From: Nitrososphaeraceae archaeon
GTDB lineage: Archaea; Thermoproteota; Nitrososphaeria; Nitrososphaerales; Nitrososphaeraceae
Direction of reading: 5' to 3'
NCBI GenBank assembly: GCA_035297365.1
Contig: DATGZA010000053.1
Location: 1 to 21,560, forward strand
Length of the DNA: 21,560 nucleotides
Part shown: piece after piece, positions 17,421 to 21,560 of the stretch
Position numbering within the stretch: position 1 is the stretch's first letter
Layout: each line of letters opens with the position of its first letter
Translations under genes and position numbers: made by a program
The notes under the pieces: model-generated
The model's input: only the letters and a program-made list of their open reading frames with translations
Told to the model about the DNA's origin: nothing
The model's database searches: none

Positions 17421-18413
17421 TTATTCCTCCTGAATTTTAATAGTTTTAAACACAATAGCACGCGCTACAACATTGATAGCCATTGCAAGAATGAGTAAAA
17501 CTGCTCCTAAACCGATTAAAGCAGAAAGATGCAGATCTGATGATGCTTCATTGAATTCGTTGGCAATTAGACTAGACAAAGTTTGACTCTGCGAAAAAAG
17601 AGATGTTGGTATGGCATTCAATCCAATTGTGTTTCCAATGATCAAAGTAACTAGCATTGTTTCTCCAATAGCCCGTCCTAAACCGATTATTGTAGCACCT
17701 ATAATTCCAGATTTAATATATGGTAAAACAGCCATATTTGTTGTCTCATATCTTGTAGCACCTAAACTATATGCTGCCTCTCTTTGAGAATCTGGAACTA
17801 CTTGTAACAATTCTCTGATTATTGACGAGACAATAGGGATAATCATTATTGCTAATACCACACCAGCAGTAAAAACATCTAATCCAAAAGGGGTTTTGGC
17901 GAAAAAAGGTAATGTTCCTCCAAATAAATTATGTAAAGGTTTTTCTACATAATCTACCATCCAAAATCTAAATACAAATAGTGCCCAGAATCCATAAATA
18001 ATGCTAGGAACAGCAGCTAATAGCTCTATGACAAAAGATAACAAAGTTTTCAACTTGGTTCCAGCTATTTCAGAGAGGAAGATGGCTATCGCTAAACTTA
18101 TTGGTACACCTATAAGCATTGCAATGCCAGAACTAACCAAAGTTCCTATAATATAAGGTAACGCTCCAAATGATTCTCTTCCAGGTACTGCATTCCAATC
18201 TGTACCAGTGATGAAACCAAGTCCTTCCTTTGAAAAAATTTCTTTAGAACCATCACCGACTGAAAAAACTATTAATGATAAAATAAAAAGAGTATAGATA
18301 GAAGCTCCAATTATAATCCATTTGAAAATTTTGTCAAATTTTGATGTTTGTTTTAATCCAGTTAGAGACTGGTGATTACTAATATTGTCATTTAATATGG
18401 AACCCGTGATAAT
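17421..18413 (-). CDS. pstC: Phosphate ABC transporter permease PstC; N-terminus extends about 91 codons beyond the ORF-track start, probable ATT/ATC start
   Basis: Core motifs ELLAAVPSIIYG, REAAYSLGAT, GRAIGET, IANEFNEA. The frame stays open upstream of 18140 to 18422 and encodes DKIFKWIIIGASIYTLFILSLIVF...TDWNAV..FGALPYIIGTL, a typical PstC first TM segment. Exact start is inferred. Confidence 0.9.
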   Translation of the reverse strand: MITGSILNDNISNHQSLTGLKQTSKFDKIFKWIIIGASIYTLFILSLIVFSVGDGSKEIFSKEGLGFITGTDWNAVPGRESFGALPYIIGTLVSSGIAMLIGVPISLAIAIFLSEIAGTKLKTLLSFVIELLAAVPSIIYGFWALFVFRFWMVDYVEKPLHNLFGGTLPFFAKTPFGLDVFTAGVVLAIMIIPIVSSIIRELLQVVPDSQREAAYSLGATRYETTNMAVLPYIKSGIIGATIIGLGRAIGETMLVTLIIGNTIGLNAIPTSLFSQSQTLSSLIANEFNEASSDLHLSALIGLGAVLLILAMAINVVARAIVFKTIKIQEE

Positions 18414-18627
18414 ACTACGCCTCTACTAACTAAGAAGATTGTATATTTTTAGTTATCGTATATTTCTAATGTAGAACAATATAGTCTATGACATGTATAT
18501 AGTATAACGATTTTTATAAAATAATAAAAAATATATTGTTAAAAATCAAACTTCAAAATTAAAGTTCTATTTTTATACAATTAATTACCACGATTAATTA
18601 AAATAAGAAAATGAACAAATTGTATAA

Positions 18628-19278
18628 ATGAAAATAAGGATAGACCAGCAATCACCTGTTAATATAATTGATGAAAAAATAGATGGATTTAAAATTTTAG
18701 GGATTGGTGCAAGTTTACGTAAAAATTCTACAAGTACTAAAATACTACAAATGACTCTTAAAGAGTGTGAGAAATACGGTGCAATTATTGGTATCATTGA
18801 TCTAAGACAAATAGAGTTACCAATTTTCAGTCCAAATAAACCTAAAGAAATTACAGAAAATGTCAGAAAGATAAATGATGAGGTAATTGAATCTGACGCA
18901 TTTATTTTGGCCACACCTGACTATCATGGATCAATGTCTGGCGGAATGAAGAATTTTTTAGATTATTATTGGTATGAATTTTCTGGTAAACTATTTGGAT
19001 ATATAGTATCATCACATGAAAAAGGTTTAACTGTCATTGATCATATGAGAACAGCAGTACGTCAATGTTATGGGTGGAGTTTACCATATGGTCTATCTAT
19101 ACATGGTGAAAATGATTTTGATGATCAAGGTAATTTAAAAAATACTTATTTGAATCAACGTATGAAAAACATGGGAAGAGATATGGTAACTTACGGAAAA
19201 TTAATAGCTACTCAGTTTTTATATGATAAAAATCTAAAAGAAAATAATACTTTTGCATTTCAATTTGTAAAAAAATGA
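18628..19278 (+). CDS. NADPH-dependent FMN reductase (SsuE-like flavodoxin fold)
   Basis: GASLRKNSTS, DAFILATPDYHGSMSGGMKNFLD, FSGKLFG. Confidence 0.9.
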   Translation: MKIRIDQQSPVNIIDEKIDGFKILGIGASLRKNSTSTKILQMTLKECEKYGAIIGIIDLRQIELPIFSPNKPKEITENVRKINDEVIESDAFILATPDYHGSMSGGMKNFLDYYWYEFSGKLFGYIVSSHEKGLTVIDHMRTAVRQCYGWSLPYGLSIHGENDFDDQGNLKNTYLNQRMKNMGRDMVTYGKLIATQFLYDKNLKENNTFAFQFVKK

Positions 19279-19482
19279 TGTCCGCAATAATATTATTTTT
19301 TAATTGTGTATATGTATATTAGACCTATTATGCATTTAGTGACAATATTAAAATCTGTGAGGTTGAATATGTTTCACCGTAAAAACTAATGTAATATTTA
19401 TAATATTCTTAGTTTTTGGTCTAGGGTCTATAAAAATTTCAATTATTCATTTTAATATATCTCTATGAATAGTATTGTGTAT

Positions 19483-19875
19483 CTAACATGGTACTGATAT
19501 TGTTAATATTTTTTGTATCTTATTGTTATCAGGTAGACTGTCTTGATCTAAATCATTAAACAATTGAATTTCGTACGATCCTTTGATTAATGGACCTTCA
19601 ATGAATGCGTCTTCATTGAATCCACCCGTATTGTTGGTGGAAAAATATCCGTATGAGGCAATAGTTTTGCTCTCAGGATGGACTACTTGCCACTGGACAT
19701 TCCCATTTGGTTCAAAACCATTGACCTTGAGTATCATTGAATAGCCTTCAAGTTCGCCGCATTCTGGAGATACCATTACATTAGGTTCGGATTCTGTACT
19801 AACATTTACTAATATCGTTGATAAAGATGATACCAATAATGTTATTACTAGAATTGGAGCTATTGTTAATTTCAT
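19483..19875 (-). CDS. Hypothetical secreted protein
   Basis: Signal-like N-terminus, beta-rich body and a DLDQDSLPD acidic loop. No family recognised. Confidence 0.7.
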   Translation of the reverse strand: MKLTIAPILVITLLVSSLSTILVNVSTESEPNVMVSPECGELEGYSMILKVNGFEPNGNVQWQVVHPESKTIASYGYFSTNNTGGFNEDAFIEGPLIKGSYEIQLFNDLDQDSLPDNNKIQKILTISVPC

Positions 19876-19963
19876 TGGTATACTAATAGATTTTTGTTTA
19901 TTTAATTTTGCTTTCGAAATTCTTGTTAAAGAGATAAAAAATTATTCAGATATTGGTTAAGAA

Positions 19964-20081
19964 TTAAGTCAAGTGTCATCATGAATGTTATCACCCCCAT
20001 CTTATAATTTTCTATATGAAAATGCAGAAATTTAGATCTGTAATTAAAAGGATTTCACATCCATCAAGACATTTGACTTAA
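19964..20081. repeat. 118-bp segment bounded by 25-bp imperfect inverted repeats (MITE-like)
   Basis: Left arm 19964-19988 TTAAGTCAAGTGTCATCATGAATGT versus reverse complement of 20057-20081 TTAAGTCAAATGTCTTGATGGATGT: 21/25 identical. TTGACTTAAA is tandemly duplicated at 20073-20092. Confidence 0.55.
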
Positions 20082-20505
20082 ATTGACTTAAATTAAATAA
20101 TTCAAATATGATGATTATTTTAAATTGTCTCTAGATAATAATAAAATTGTAATGAAAAGGGTGGAAGTAAAAATGACAAATCATTTTAATTTCTATGAAA
20201 AATACACAAATTGACCTACAAAGTGTGCCATACTAAACACAACAGCTAGACATATTCTTGATAATTAAGTAGGCAGTTAGAACCATTAGTTAATAGATTA
20301 AATGTACAAACCAATATTGCAAAAGAGTTAATAGCTGATTCTATGATTAAAGAGCTCATACAAAGATATTTTGATTAAAGTTGATACTCATGAAAATGTT
20401 TGGGTTAAGCGAAATGCTCTATCAATTCAATTAAATGGGAATTTTAAAATTTATTTATTATTATAGAACATTTTTAATATTACTCTTTTATAATTTCACT
20501 TAACA

Positions 20506-20751
20506 TTGAAAGTAAAAATTACTTCAATTTTGATGGTCATGTTTGTTTCAAGTTTAACTTTTTTTTCTTTTACTATTACTAAAACAGAAGCACAATTTGG
20601 TGATTGTGATTCTTCATATCCGGATGTATGTATACCATCTCCACCACCGGATCTTGACTGTACTGACATTTCAGATAAAAAATTTACTGTTTTGCCACCA
20701 GATCCGCATGGATTTGATCGCGACGGAGACGGTATAGGATGTGAATCATAA
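20506..20751 (+). CDS. Small secreted protein with Excalibur-like Ca-binding domain
   Basis: Signal peptide followed by CDSSYPDVCIPSPPPDLDC...DPHGFDRDGDGIGCE (DxDxDG loop + CE). Confidence 0.85.
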   Translation: MKVKITSILMVMFVSSLTFFSFTITKTEAQFGDCDSSYPDVCIPSPPPDLDCTDISDKKFTVLPPDPHGFDRDGDGIGCES

Positions 20752-20799
20752 CCATCTTATGGTTTCAAAATACAATAATATATCAAATTTTTAATTCAG

Positions 20800-21255
20800 T
20801 TGGATAAGAGAGAATATTTTATAATATTTTCAATCATTATAGTAAGTCTTTTTTCTTTTGCTCTTCTTGTTTCAAATCTGTACAGTAACCGAGACGAACA
20901 AGACGATATAGAATTTCAGGGTATAGTAAATTATGTTGTAGATGGTGATACTCTAGACATCAACGATATTAGAATAAGATTAGCATTAGTTGATACACCC
21001 GAACGTGGGCAAGATGTATATAAAGAAGCAAGAGAATTTGTTAAGAATTTATGTCTTAATAAAAAAGGCGAAGTTGATATTGATGATGGTCAGCGTAGAG
21101 GTGACAGGTATGGAAGAGAAATGGGTGTTATCTATTGTGATGGTATAAATGTCAATAAAGCGTTAGTAGAGAACAATTTAACAAAAATCTATACAGAATA
21201 TTGTGTCATTTCTGAATTTAAAAATAAGAAATGGGCTAAACCTTTTTGTAATTAA
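20800..21255 (+). CDS. Membrane-anchored thermonuclease (staphylococcal nuclease family)
   Basis: N-terminal TM helix; VVDGDT, IRLALVDTPE, DRYGR, VNKALVENNL motifs. Confidence 0.9.
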   Translation: MDKREYFIIFSIIIVSLFSFALLVSNLYSNRDEQDDIEFQGIVNYVVDGDTLDINDIRIRLALVDTPERGQDVYKEAREFVKNLCLNKKGEVDIDDGQRRGDRYGREMGVIYCDGINVNKALVENNLTKIYTEYCVISEFKNKKWAKPFCN

Positions 21256-21305
21256 GTCAACATTAAGATATATTAGATGTAGTTTCGACTTATATTTCCA
21301 GACAA

Positions 21306-21560
21306 TTATTTTATATAGTCATTCGTCAGAAAATAGAAATAAGAATTAACGCCGCTTGAAAGACCCTGACTGTCTCCTGTCTTATCTTCATCTATTGCCT
21401 TCAGTTCATATTCATCTGCAGTCAAATCATCAAATGCTATGATAAATTCAACTTGTGCTCCATAATGCCTCTGTAGTTTGCTATTCTTTCATTTTTCAAT
21501 TGAATTATGCCATTTTTATCCCATTGTTTTTTGTATTCTGGAGTTCTTGCTAGAAATTGT
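21306..21560 (-). pseudogene. 3' end of a gene entering from the right edge, apparently frameshifted near 21478
   Basis: Frame A reads QFLARTPEYKKQWDKNGIIQLKNERIA... and stops at 21437. An overlapping frame with no start codon of its own reads KLQRHYGAQVEFIIAFDDLTADEYELKAIDEDKTGDSQGLSS... to the stop at 21306. Confidence 0.45.

Noticed and set aside
16859-18914. ORFs 16859-17143 (+), 17144-17383 (+) and 18594-18914 (-)
   Set aside because: Antisense shadows of pstA and the FMN reductase.
1-21560. CRISPR array, rRNA, integrase or known defence system
   Set aside because: No regularly spaced repeats, no long GC-rich structural RNA other than the two tRNAs, and no recognisable cas, integrase or defence genes were seen by eye.

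Overview
Very AT-rich archaeal chromosome segment. Gene content (TiaS, aIF-6, AbrB-PhoU regulator, tRNAs with bulge-helix-bulge introns) points to an ammonia-oxidising archaeon of the Nitrososphaeraceae, possibly Nitrosocosmicus-like (inference). Left to right: (1) a gene pair encoding a threonine-synthase-like PLP enzyme and a ubiquitin-like sulfur carrier fused through an internal Gly-Gly to its own E1/MoeB activator; (2) hisI and tiaS; (3) two minus-strand tRNAs, initiator Met and Leu(CAG), each with two introns; (4) a decayed DDE transposase in two oppositely oriented pieces; (5) aIF-6, secreted or small hypothetical proteins and an orphan ABC ATPase; (6) a co-directional run of glycosyltransferase, aspartokinase, ilvE, PRTase and pstS; (7) phoU, pstA and pstC with no pstB, where pstC appears to need a non-canonical start codon; (8) an FMN reductase, a MITE-like inverted repeat, an Excalibur-like peptide plus thermonuclease pair, and a frameshifted gene end. 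Best leads: the Ubl-E1/ThrC-like sulfur relay, the double-intron tRNAs (one with a 7-nt anticodon micro-exon), and the pstC start codon with candidate phosphate-regulon operators. All family assignments come from motif recognition by eye; no searches were run.
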